DNA of 32,000 nt from assembly GCA_003568775.1 (NCBI GenBank), contig MWMI01000003.1, positions 30,001 through 62,000 on the forward strand, read 5' to 3'. This DNA comes from Candidatus Nanoclepta minutus. GTDB lineage: Archaea > Nanobdellota > Nanobdellia > Nanobdellales > Nanobdellaceae. Positions 1-8,530 of this stretch are shown piece after piece (position 1 is the first letter of the stretch; each line of letters begins with the position of its first letter). Position numbers and translations under genes: made by a program. The notes beneath the pieces were generated by a model. It saw nothing but the letters and a program-made list of their open reading frames with translations. It was not told where the DNA came from and made no database searches.

Positions 1-43
1 ATATTACAGTTTGGATAGTGGATATCGGAAAGCACTAATACCT

Positions 44-799
44 TCATCTTCTTCTCTTACAGTATTCATCGATTGAGGCATGTATCTCCTTGTATAGGAT
101 TGTTAATACCTGATTTTCATCTTCTTTTTCAATTATATCGAACGGGTTTAGTGGTAGATTATCGTTTGGCTCTCCATTATACTTTTCCCTTAATATTTCC
201 TCTCTATTCAGTTTCTTTAGTTGTTGTATAATTACTCTCCTTATTTCATCAGCATTCCTCTTTATTTCCTCTTCTAGCATTTTCTTAGCTTTATTATAAG
301 ATAATCCAGGGGTCTTTGTTATTTTATTTTCATAAAGAAGTTTTAAAGTATAAGAATCTATTACCATTTCAGGTTTTTCAGCAGCAAATAATAATATTGT
401 ATCTGCAGTTTCATTTCCTATTCCCTTTATTTTTAGGATATTTTCCCTTAACTTCTCTTTTTGTTCTTTCTTAAACTCTGTTATATCTGAAAAATTTTCT
501 ATAAAAAAATTATAAAAGTTAATTATAGTTTCATATTTTCTTTTCCTCATAGGAACTTTTATATCTTCTATTTTTAGATTGATTAGGTTATCTGGTGTAA
601 AAATAAACCCTTTCTCTTTTAAGTAAGCTATGTTTCTTTCTACAAACTCCCATTTGGTATTTTGGGTTAATATTGCTCCAAGTATTACCTCAAGTTCCCA
701 ATATCCTCCAGTCTTTTTATGGTAGTCTATATCTATAGGCCACCAAAATTGTAGTCCAACCTCATTTAGAACTTTTATTAAAAGTTCCCTAATATACAT
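44..799 (-). CDS. HhH-GPD superfamily protein, endonuclease III-related DNA glycosylase-like
   Basis: Part of track ORF 44..961. It carries WWP...ILGAILTQNTKW and the helix-hairpin-helix motif IKGIGNETADTILLFA, typical of endonuclease III-related proteins. I moved the start to the ATG at 799 (MYIRELLIKV...), because the 54 upstream codons are a hydrophobic shadow of the dcd gene on the opposite strand. Confidence 0.7.
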   Translation of the reverse strand: MYIRELLIKVLNEVGLQFWWPIDIDYHKKTGGYWELEVILGAILTQNTKWEFVERNIAYLKEKGFIFTPDNLINLKIEDIKVPMRKRKYETIINFYNFFIENFSDITEFKKEQKEKLRENILKIKGIGNETADTILLFAAEKPEMVIDSYTLKLLYENKITKTPGLSYNKAKKMLEEEIKRNADEIRRVIIQQLKKLNREEILREKYNGEPNDNLPLNPFDIIEKEDENQVLTILYKEIHASIDEYCKRRR

Positions 800-803
800 A
801 TAA

Positions 804-1415
804 ATGATATTATCGGACAAAAAGATTAAAGAATATATAAAAAGTAGGAAGATTGTTGTAGAGCCATTCGATGAAAGTTTAGTTGGACCAGCTTCTCTAG
901 ATGTTAGGTTAGGTTTTAAGTTTAGAGTTTTTAAAAACATAAACGTAGAGGCGATAGACATAAAGAGTTATAAGGAAGATGTCATTTATAGATCAGAAAG
1001 TAAGGATTATACGATACATCATGGAACATATTCAGACCTGATAATCGTTAAGGGAGAAAGCATTCCCATTATTGTACATCCCGGAGAGTTCGTTTTAGCG
1101 TCTGTTTATGAATATATAGAGCTCTCTAGGGATATAGCTGCGCAGATAAATGGTAGATCCTCTATTGGAAGGTTAGGACTTTTGGTTCATACTTCCGCCG
1201 GTTGGATAGATCCGGGATATGCTGGACATCTAACCCTTGAAATATACAATGTTAATAAAGTACCGGTTAAGTTGTATCCTCTAACGAAGATCGCCCAGAT
1301 AGTATTCTACGATCTTGGTGAGGGGGTAGAAGTTCCGTATGGTGAGAGGAAGTCTTCTAAATATTTTGGGGAAGATGGGGCAACGGAGTCCAGAATATCA
1401 GAAGATTATAAATAG
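804..1415 (+). CDS. dcd: dCTP deaminase (possibly bifunctional dCTP deaminase/dUTPase)
   Basis: 203 aa. The N-terminus MILSDKKIKEYI...IVVEPFDESLVGPASLDVRLG, the motifs GRSSIGRLGL and AGWIDPGYAGHLTLEIYN, and the length all match the Dcd family. Confidence 0.9.
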   Translation: MILSDKKIKEYIKSRKIVVEPFDESLVGPASLDVRLGFKFRVFKNINVEAIDIKSYKEDVIYRSESKDYTIHHGTYSDLIIVKGESIPIIVHPGEFVLASVYEYIELSRDIAAQINGRSSIGRLGLLVHTSAGWIDPGYAGHLTLEIYNVNKVPVKLYPLTKIAQIVFYDLGEGVEVPYGERKSSKYFGEDGATESRISEDYK

Positions 1416-2429
1416 CTATTTCATAACTTCTTTTATCAAATAGTTTTTTATACTGGGCACTATATCGTAAATGTATCTCCCCTTCACCTTTGTCCTTATT
1501 AAGTATTTCGATTCTACCATCCTCCTCAATATGTTCGATAGAGCATGAAGGCTCATATCTTTGTACCTCTCTCTAACCATCTTTAACAGTTCATTTGCAG
1601 TTTTAGGTCCATATTTAACTATAATCTCTGCTATATATCTCTGTTTTTCTGTTAATTTCAGTATGGCCTCGGGAGGCCTCCTATCCTCATATATTTTCTC
1701 TACTATATCAACATCTACAACTTTTTTACCTTCTTTATAAGCCAATAGCAAGCATTCGTAAGATATCTTTAATATTTCCCTTGGAAAGCCACCTGCCAAC
1801 CTATAAATTGCATCTATAGCATTATCGGTAAAAAGGTTCGGGTTATTGGCATATGTTAATCTCTTTTTTATCAATTCCCTTCCACTTTCCGGATCTAAGG
1901 ATTTAAGGTAAATTTTCGTTGATATCCTTTCATAGAAAGTTCTGTGTTGTTTCAATAACCTCTCCTCAAATTCTGGTAATCCGGCCAGTACGAAAGTTGC
2001 CTTTGTATGATCTACAAGAACCTTTAAGTACTCTATTATATCATCGGTCATGAAAGTTGCTTCATCTATGAATACAATTATGTTCTTTTTATTTAGTATC
2101 TTTAACTTATCTTTCGAAAAATATAGTTGTATTTTTTCAAAAAAATTTGTGTTATTTTTGTTTATTTTTTCTAGTAATTCCTTTTGGGTAGATGGAGGTC
2201 TATAAAAGAATATTTTGTTTTTATAATTAAAGTTATTGAATACCCATAGAAGTAAGGTTGTCTTTCCAGCTCCAGTCGGTCCGCTTATTAAGGTTAGTTT
2301 TTCTTTATTGTTTATAGCATTTATTACCATCTCTCTTTCAGCTTTATAACCGACGAAAGTTTCGAGTATAACTTCTAACTTAAAGGGGTTATCTCTAAGA
2401 CCGAAGAATTCTAACATGTTATCTTTCAT
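1416..2429 (-). CDS. AAA+ ATPase with C-terminal winged-helix domain (ExeA/ORC-Cdc6-like architecture)
   Basis: 337 aa with Walker A GPTGAGKTT and Walker B IIVFIDEA. The N-terminal FGLRDNPF resembles ExeA/AAA_22-type ATPases. A lid-like region (GGFPREI) is followed by a C-terminal wHTH-like segment (LTEKQRYIAEII...LSNILRRMVESKYLIRTKVKGRYIY). The specific function is unknown. Confidence 0.6.
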   Translation of the reverse strand: MKDNMLEFFGLRDNPFKLEVILETFVGYKAEREMVINAINNKEKLTLISGPTGAGKTTLLLWVFNNFNYKNKIFFYRPPSTQKELLEKINKNNTNFFEKIQLYFSKDKLKILNKKNIIVFIDEATFMTDDIIEYLKVLVDHTKATFVLAGLPEFEERLLKQHRTFYERISTKIYLKSLDPESGRELIKKRLTYANNPNLFTDNAIDAIYRLAGGFPREILKISYECLLLAYKEGKKVVDVDIVEKIYEDRRPPEAILKLTEKQRYIAEIIVKYGPKTANELLKMVRERYKDMSLHALSNILRRMVESKYLIRTKVKGRYIYDIVPSIKNYLIKEVMK

Positions 2430-2489
2430 TATTAATTTGATTTTAACTTTAAGTTTTTTAGATATTAATTTAAGTTATAAATTAGATAT

Positions 2490-2562
2490 AGCCCCGTCGT
2501 CTAGTGGCCTAGGATGCGGGGTTTTGGTCCCCGTGACCGGGGTTCGAATCCCCGCGGGGCTA
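2490..2562 (+). tRNA. tRNA-Gln (anticodon UUG)
   Basis: Hand-folded cloverleaf. Acceptor stem is 2490-2496 paired with 2555-2561 and has an A1:U72 pair, characteristic of archaeal tRNA-Gln. Anticodon stem is 2517-2521/2529-2533, and the loop TTTTGGT places TTG at 2524-2526. T arm is CGGGG-TTCGAAT-CCCCG. No intron and no encoded CCA. A GC-rich island in AT-rich DNA. Confidence 0.9.
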
Positions 2563-2570
2563 GTCAAAAA

Positions 2571-2575
2571 TTTTT
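2571..2575 (+). terminator. oligo-T tract downstream of tRNA-Gln
   Basis: A T5 run lies 9 nt after the tRNA 3' end. Archaeal RNA polymerase terminates at oligo-T tracts. Confidence 0.4.
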
Positions 2576-2602
2576 AAGATAGAGTTTCTTATATATTCTT
2601 GA

Positions 2603-3205
2603 ATGGAAACACTATTTGATCAATTATTATCGGTTTCTCAATCAATAGCTATTGTTATAGGAATCCTAATTTTAGGATATTTTGTTGGAAGATTAGTAAA
2701 GGTTATTTTAAAGTTTATATTGAAAAAAGTAATAGGATTGGATAAATTATTAGAAATAAAAAATGTTAAAGTATTTAGAGGTGAAGTATCAGATACTATA
2801 GCTACCATTGCTAAAGATTTTACATATTTAATATTCATAGCGTATTCTTTGATTTATAGCAAAGTGGATGTGTTGGTAACGTTAGGGAACATATTTTTAA
2901 CCGTCCTTTCCTATATATTAACTATTGTAGCTATAATGATCATAGTTCATTTAATTGTAAAGGTCTTCTTAGAAGATATATTGGGAAAACTATCCTTCTT
3001 TGAAAGTAATAGGATATTTCTGAGTTTTATATCGGCATTAGTATATATAATTGCATTTATAATAACTTTAGATTACCTAAACTTACTATCTAAAGCTCTT
3101 TTATATATATTCCTAATATTCTTCGGAAGTTTTATGATATTTATTTCCGTTACACTTGGAGTAGCTTATGGTGAGGAAGTAAAGGGAATAATAAAGAAGA
3201 AATAA
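2603..3205 (+). CDS. Small polytopic membrane protein (conserved-TM-helix / MscS-accessory-like)
   Basis: 200 aa with several hydrophobic helices. The N-terminal pattern IGILILGYFVGRLVKVILKFILKKVIGLDKLL resembles the TM_helix repeat family. The family call rests only on this by-eye motif. Confidence 0.45.
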   Translation: METLFDQLLSVSQSIAIVIGILILGYFVGRLVKVILKFILKKVIGLDKLLEIKNVKVFRGEVSDTIATIAKDFTYLIFIAYSLIYSKVDVLVTLGNIFLTVLSYILTIVAIMIIVHLIVKVFLEDILGKLSFFESNRIFLSFISALVYIIAFIITLDYLNLLSKALLYIFLIFFGSFMIFISVTLGVAYGEEVKGIIKKK

Positions 3206-3206
3206 A

Positions 3207-4340
3207 GTGGATAGAGATAAGTTAACTATATTATTTTTTTCTATTTTTACTAACATAGGTTATTCTCTCATACTTTATTCAATAAAAAGTTTTGGATATT
3301 CGGATATTTACTATACGTATTTTTTATCCGTTTTTTATTTGAGTAGTTTGTTATCTGCCCTCTTATACGGAAACATCGAAATAAACGAGAAAAACTATGT
3401 ATTTTATAATTTTTTAGGGATGTTTGCAACCCTAATTTCAATATTCTTTCTCTATAATCCAGATAGGTTTATAAATATTATACTATCTACAGTATTTTCT
3501 TATTTAATAGGGTCTGCAACTAGTTTTTCTATAATTAGATATAAGAAGGACGTTGGTCTTTACTATTACTTTACCCTTTATGGACTGTTCGGATATTTAA
3601 TTGCTCAAGCACTTCTTTTTTCAAATTTAGGCTTTAATATGATTGTATTAATGTCCTTCTTTTCTTTTTTCATTGTTAATATTATCTTATTTTCTTTTTA
3701 TTTTGAAAAGTTCTCTAAGTTTATTATAAATTCTATTAAAGAAGATTACGGACTTTTGGGGACTATAGATAGACTAATAAATTATGTAGAAGTTGAAGAA
3801 GAAAAATTTTCTATGAAGTTTGTTGGGAGGCCTACTATTATTTCCTTAATAAACCTACTTGTTGGAATTTTGTATTCACTATTTTGGTCTGTTTTAGTAA
3901 TTAAATCTTCTGTCTATAACGCTTATTATCCAATGTTCTTGTTCGTTAACAGTATTTCTTCTTTATTTATCTACAAATTCATGAAGAAAACTAATAGTAT
4001 GCTCCCATCCTTGGTAGGAGTAACCTTAAGGATGTTTTCTGTAGTTATACTGCTTTACATGTTAATAAAAGGAATAGATAGCTTATCCCTATACTTCGTT
4101 CTTTATATGTTAGCCGGAGTTTCATGGGCAGAGTTCTCGTATTATATGGATAACTATGTATTGATGAAGGGAGGAGAGGAGTACGGATATGTTACCTTTT
4201 TCAGAAACCTTTCCAGTATCGTAGGTGTATCTCTAGTTGGATTGATCGGAACATATTTCTCTCTTATTTTATCTTTTCCATTTTTCTTATCGGTTATGAT
4301 AGTAACTTTAATAGGGATTCGAAAGAAATATATAATATGA
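3207..4340 (+). CDS. Polytopic integral membrane protein, possibly an MFS-type transporter
   Basis: 377 aa with a GTG start at 3207, 1 nt after the upstream stop. There are about 10-12 hydrophobic segments throughout and no diagnostic motif. Its stop overlaps the rtcB start (ATGA). Confidence 0.5.
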   Translation: MDRDKLTILFFSIFTNIGYSLILYSIKSFGYSDIYYTYFLSVFYLSSLLSALLYGNIEINEKNYVFYNFLGMFATLISIFFLYNPDRFINIILSTVFSYLIGSATSFSIIRYKKDVGLYYYFTLYGLFGYLIAQALLFSNLGFNMIVLMSFFSFFIVNIILFSFYFEKFSKFIINSIKEDYGLLGTIDRLINYVEVEEEKFSMKFVGRPTIISLINLLVGILYSLFWSVLVIKSSVYNAYYPMFLFVNSISSLFIYKFMKKTNSMLPSLVGVTLRMFSVVILLYMLIKGIDSLSLYFVLYMLAGVSWAEFSYYMDNYVLMKGGEEYGYVTFFRNLSSIVGVSLVGLIGTYFSLILSFPFFLSVMIVTLIGIRKKYII

Positions 4341-5776
4341 TAGATATAAGGAAAGTTTCTGAGAACATATATGAGATACCGGTAGAAGGTGGAATGAAAG
4401 TTCCTGTAAGAGTTTATGCTTCAGAGAAGTTATTAGAAAAAATGAAGGAAGATAAGAGCTTAGTTCAGGCTAAGAATGTTGCGATGTTACCCGGTGTTAA
4501 AAAATGGGTAGCTGTAATGCCGGATGGTCATGAAGGATACGGATTCCCTGTAGGAGGAGTTGCTGCTTTTGATTTGAAGGAAGGTATTATATCTCCGGGT
4601 GGTATAGGCTATGATATAAACTGTGGAGTTAGGATTATTAGAACAAATTTGAATTATGAGGAGATAAAGCCAAAATTAAAGCAATTAGTCGATACTATAT
4701 TTAGAAACGTTCCTGCGGGGGTAGGTGAAACAGGTCATATTAAATTATCTATTGGGCAGTTTAAGGATGCTGTAGAGGAGGGACTGGATTGGGCTTATAG
4801 AGAAGGATATGCATGGAAGGATGATTTGGAATCTATAGAATCTTACGGAAGGTTAGAGAACGCTAACTTAGAAGACGTTTCAGATAGAGCTATAAGAAGA
4901 GGAATAGAGCAGTTTGGTACTTTAGGATCTGGAAACCATTTCTTAGAGATTCAAGTAGTAGAGAAGATATTTGACTATGAACTGGCAAAGTTCTTTGGAA
5001 TAGAGAGTGAGGGACAGGTAACGGTTATGGTTCATACAGGTTCCCGCGGATTCGGACACCAGATAGCAACAGATTACATAGATTACTTTATGAGCAGGTT
5101 TAGGAACGTTGTAAAGACACTTCCCGATAGAGAATTAATATATGCACCTTTCGAGAGCGAAGAAGGACAAAAGTATTGGAGGGCAATGGCCTGTGCAGCA
5201 AACTTTGCATGGGTAAATAGGCAAATAATTACTTATTGGATAAGAAAATCCTTTGAGAAAGTGTTTAACGTTTCTTCAGAGGATATTGGATTGAATTTAA
5301 TATATGATGTTGCACATAACATTGCAAAGGTAGAGACTCATAAGGTAAATGGAGGAAGGGAGAAGGTTATCGTTCATAGAAAAGGTGCTACAAGGGCTTT
5401 TCCGAGGAATCATGAGGATCTACCTGAGAAATATAGGTCAATCGGCCAGCCTGTACTGATACCCGGATCTATGGGAACGGCCTCATATATTTTGATTGGG
5501 GAGCAGGGATCGATGGATCTATCTTTTGGCTCTTCCGCTCATGGATCCGGAAGGATGATGTCGAGGGCTGCTGCAAAGAGGTCCTATAGGTACGAAGATG
5601 TAATAAGGAAGATGTCGGAGAGGGGAATTATCGTTAAGTCTACAACAAAGGAAGGGGTTGTTGAAGAGGTTCCAGAAGCTTATAAGGATGTAGATGAGGT
5701 GGTAAAGGTAACTCATAGCCTAGGTTTATCCAGAATGGTTGTTAAGCTTAGGCCGGTTGTTGTAATAAAAGGTTAA
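4337..5776 (+). CDS. rtcB: RNA-splicing ligase RtcB (3'-phosphate/5'-hydroxyl RNA ligase)
   Basis: 479 aa with the full RtcB motif set: GYDINCGVR, GSGNHFLE, HTGSRGFGHQ, HRKGAT, PGSMGTASY and SSAHGSGR. Continuous, with no intein. Confidence 0.95.
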   Translation: MIDIRKVSENIYEIPVEGGMKVPVRVYASEKLLEKMKEDKSLVQAKNVAMLPGVKKWVAVMPDGHEGYGFPVGGVAAFDLKEGIISPGGIGYDINCGVRIIRTNLNYEEIKPKLKQLVDTIFRNVPAGVGETGHIKLSIGQFKDAVEEGLDWAYREGYAWKDDLESIESYGRLENANLEDVSDRAIRRGIEQFGTLGSGNHFLEIQVVEKIFDYELAKFFGIESEGQVTVMVHTGSRGFGHQIATDYIDYFMSRFRNVVKTLPDRELIYAPFESEEGQKYWRAMACAANFAWVNRQIITYWIRKSFEKVFNVSSEDIGLNLIYDVAHNIAKVETHKVNGGREKVIVHRKGATRAFPRNHEDLPEKYRSIGQPVLIPGSMGTASYILIGEQGSMDLSFGSSAHGSGRMMSRAAAKRSYRYEDVIRKMSERGIIVKSTTKEGVVEEVPEAYKDVDEVVKVTHSLGLSRMVVKLRPVVVIKG

Positions 5777-8184
5777 TGGAATTCTTTATACTTTCTATAG
5801 AGCATGAAAAACAGAAGATTTTGATATTTGCTAGAGACGAAAATAGAAATAAATGTATAATTGAATACTTCCAACCTTTTTACGTTTACGTAATACCTAA
5901 GGGAGAATATTTTGAGGAAGTAAAAAGGAAAATAGAAGAATTGAATATAAATAAGGAGGTATCTGTTGAAAGAAAGAAGTGGATAGGTAGAGAATATAGA
6001 GTTCTTAAAGTTACAATAAGTTTAGACGATTATGAGACTTTGAAATCTCTCTGTGATAGGTTAAAAGAAGAAGGGAAGATAATTGGTAAAAAAGAGGCAG
6101 ATATTACGATTACTAAGAAATTTTCTTTAGATAATAATGTTTATCCTATGAGATGGTATGAAATGGAAGTGGAATTTAAAGGAAAGATGGGAAACGCCAA
6201 TTTATATAAGCTAAAGAGGGTAATAAGGGAAGTAGAAAAGCCTTATGAAATAAAGGCGATATCGATAGATATAGAAATTTTAGCTGGAGGTAGGAAGATG
6301 CCAGATCCGAGTAGGGATCCTATCGATATAATAGGTATATTTGATGGAAAAGATTACTATATCCTATACTGGGGAGCTGAAGGAAACGGAGGTATAAAGG
6401 TTAGGAACGAATATGAGTTACTTAAGAAGTTTGATGAGATAGTTAAAAAAATAGATCCAGACGTAATTGTTGGATATAATTCCCATAACTTTGATCTGAA
6501 CTATATTTACGAGAGGTCTAAAGTTCTAAACTTTAATTTCAGCTTTGGATGGGATGGTAAAGGGATAGTACTAAGTAAAAAGAAAGAGGAAGATAGGAGA
6601 TTCAAGATATTCGGAATACAGCATGTAGATCTATTTGTTTTCATTTCTAATATATTAGCTGGTCAGTTAAAATCAGAGGTTTTATCTCTTGATAATGTTG
6701 CTAAGGAAATATTGGGTATAGGAAAGGAGGAGGTTACTTTAGAGACCTTTAGAGATGCCGTTGATTTAAAGGAGTATTCCAAGGTAATTTCCTACAATAA
6801 GAGAGACGTAGAGATAACTTATATGTTATATAAACACTTTGAACAGCTATTAATAGAGCTATCAAAGATAACGGGACAGACACTGTACGAGACTTCTCTA
6901 TCAACCTATGGTGTCTTAGTTGAGAGTTATTTAATTAAAAGGAGTAGAGAATTTAACGAAATAATCCCAAATAGGCCAAAAGAAGAAGAAGCGAGGGAAA
7001 GGTTAAGGAAATCTTATATAGGAGCCCTTGTGTTGGAACCGGAGCCAGGTTTATATAAAAATATTGCCGTTTTTGACTTTAGATCACTTTATCCTTCAAT
7101 AATTATGGCTTATAACATATCACCCGACACTATAAGGTGTGAACATGAGGATTGTAAGAAGGAGCAGATTACCATAGAGACTTCAGATGGAAAAGTCCCC
7201 ATATGGTTCTGTAAAAAGGAAAAAGGTTTTATTCCTACAATATTAAATCAAATATTTGAAGAGAGAGTAAAAATAAAGAAAAAATTAAAGGAATTGGACA
7301 AGAACTCAGAAGAGTATAGGATTATGGATGCGAGACAATATGCCCTTAAAATTCTATTGAATTCTACCTATGGATATCTGGGTTTTGCGGTTTCTAGATG
7401 GTACTGTCTAGATTGTGCGGCTGCAGTTACTGCTTATGGGAGGACTTTCATAAAGAAAGTTATCGATTTGTTGAGGGATAAAGGGTATAAGGTTATATAC
7501 GGAGATACAGATAGTGTTTTTGTTCTATTAAGATCGAAAGAGGATATAAAGATATTGGATGAAATAAATAACATTCTCCCAAAACCGTTGGAGTTAGAAC
7601 TAGAAAACTTTTATATTTCTGGTATTTTTGTAGAAAGAAGGGGAGAAGTAAAAGGGGCTAAGAAAAAGTACGCATTACTTTCTGAAGATGGAAGTATAAA
7701 GCTAAGAGGATTCGAAGCTGTTAGAAGAGATTGGTCAGAAATAGCAAAAGTTGTTCAAGAGAATGTCTTAAGATTAGCTTTGGAGGGTAATAGAACGGGT
7801 ATTATTGAATACTTAAGAAAGATTATAAATGATATAAGGAGCAAAAAATTGTCACTAAATATGTTTATAATTAGGGAACAATTAAGAAAGAAACTAGAGA
7901 AATATGAGGTAGAAGCACCACATGTTGTTGCTGCAAAGAAATATAAGCAAAGGGGCTATAAAATCACTGAAGGTTTTATAGTAGAATATGTGGTATGCAA
8001 GGGATCTGGTAAAGTTTCGGAAAGAATCAAAATACCGGAAGAATGTACGAACAACGAGTACGATCCGGAATACTACATTGAAAAACAAGTGTTACAACCT
8101 ATAGATGGTATATTAAAGGTGTTGGGGATAACGAAAGAGCAAATAATCAGCGGTCATAAAGATATACTAAGTTTTTTTAAATAA
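5776..8184 (+). CDS. polB: Family B DNA polymerase
   Basis: 802 aa. Exo motifs are ISIDIE, YNSHNFDL and YNKRDVE. Polymerase motifs are DFRSLYPSII (A), KILLNSTYGY (B) and YGDTDS (C). Its start overlaps the rtcB stop by 1 nt (TAATG). It is unsplit and has no intein. Confidence 0.95.
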   Translation: MEFFILSIEHEKQKILIFARDENRNKCIIEYFQPFYVYVIPKGEYFEEVKRKIEELNINKEVSVERKKWIGREYRVLKVTISLDDYETLKSLCDRLKEEGKIIGKKEADITITKKFSLDNNVYPMRWYEMEVEFKGKMGNANLYKLKRVIREVEKPYEIKAISIDIEILAGGRKMPDPSRDPIDIIGIFDGKDYYILYWGAEGNGGIKVRNEYELLKKFDEIVKKIDPDVIVGYNSHNFDLNYIYERSKVLNFNFSFGWDGKGIVLSKKKEEDRRFKIFGIQHVDLFVFISNILAGQLKSEVLSLDNVAKEILGIGKEEVTLETFRDAVDLKEYSKVISYNKRDVEITYMLYKHFEQLLIELSKITGQTLYETSLSTYGVLVESYLIKRSREFNEIIPNRPKEEEARERLRKSYIGALVLEPEPGLYKNIAVFDFRSLYPSIIMAYNISPDTIRCEHEDCKKEQITIETSDGKVPIWFCKKEKGFIPTILNQIFEERVKIKKKLKELDKNSEEYRIMDARQYALKILLNSTYGYLGFAVSRWYCLDCAAAVTAYGRTFIKKVIDLLRDKGYKVIYGDTDSVFVLLRSKEDIKILDEINNILPKPLELELENFYISGIFVERRGEVKGAKKKYALLSEDGSIKLRGFEAVRRDWSEIAKVVQENVLRLALEGNRTGIIEYLRKIINDIRSKKLSLNMFIIREQLRKKLEKYEVEAPHVVAAKKYKQRGYKITEGFIVEYVVCKGSGKVSERIKIPEECTNNEYDPEYYIEKQVLQPIDGILKVLGITKEQIISGHKDILSFFK

Positions 8185-8202
8185 TGAACGATAATTTAAA
8201 TT

Positions 8203-8526
8203 ATGATAGATGAAGAGGAAGAGATAGTTTCAAAGCTAGAAGCTAAGATAAAAAACTTGGAATCCCTTTATAAAAAGTATAGAAAAGCTTATTTGGATAT
8301 TTTTAAAAGATTCAAGAAGTTAGCTTTAAGAAAAAAAGAAGAGGAAGTAAGAATTAAGAAGCTGCTTAAGGATCTCGATTTATTATTAAATAATATAAAG
8401 GAAGGGTTTGATAGATTAGAAAAAGTAGATGAGAGACTATCTGCCATAGAAGAAGAGATACAGGTAGTAAAGATGAGGCTAGATAAGATAGAGAAAAATT
8501 TATTTAAATATAAAGAAAAATTATAG
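8203..8526 (+). CDS. Small coiled-coil protein, function unknown
   Basis: 107 aa, K/E/L-rich with heptad character throughout. Same strand as polB and immediately downstream of it. Confidence 0.5.
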   Translation: MIDEEEEIVSKLEAKIKNLESLYKKYRKAYLDIFKRFKKLALRKKEEEVRIKKLLKDLDLLLNNIKEGFDRLEKVDERLSAIEEEIQVVKMRLDKIEKNLFKYKEKL

Positions 8527-8530
8527 AAAA

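Noticed and set aside
800-961. N-terminal 54 codons of track ORF 44..961 (MSIASTFMFLKTLNL...)
   Set aside because: This part overlaps the well-supported dcd gene on the other strand and has no HhH-GPD similarity. It also looks like antisense shadow sequence. The internal ATG at 799 gives a normal-length protein.
2430-2602. tRNA-Gln as an integration site for a mobile element (likewise tRNA-Glu at 26130)
   Set aside because: I saw no integrase gene, no duplicated copy of either tRNA 3' end elsewhere in the window, and no compositional break.
2638-2838. 66-aa minus-strand ORF inside the membrane protein gene
   Set aside because: It lies entirely antisense to a coherent TM-protein ORF and has a low-complexity composition. 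This is typical of a shadow ORF in AT-rich DNA.
5519-8088. Minus-strand ORFs 5519..5716 and 7894..8088
   Set aside because: They are antisense to rtcB and polB, whose motif content is unambiguous, and have no motifs of their own.
4337-8184. Inteins or split genes in rtcB and polB
   Set aside because: Motifs are contiguous at normal spacing. Lengths of 479 aa and 802 aa are standard, and I saw no intein-like insertion interrupting the conserved motifs.
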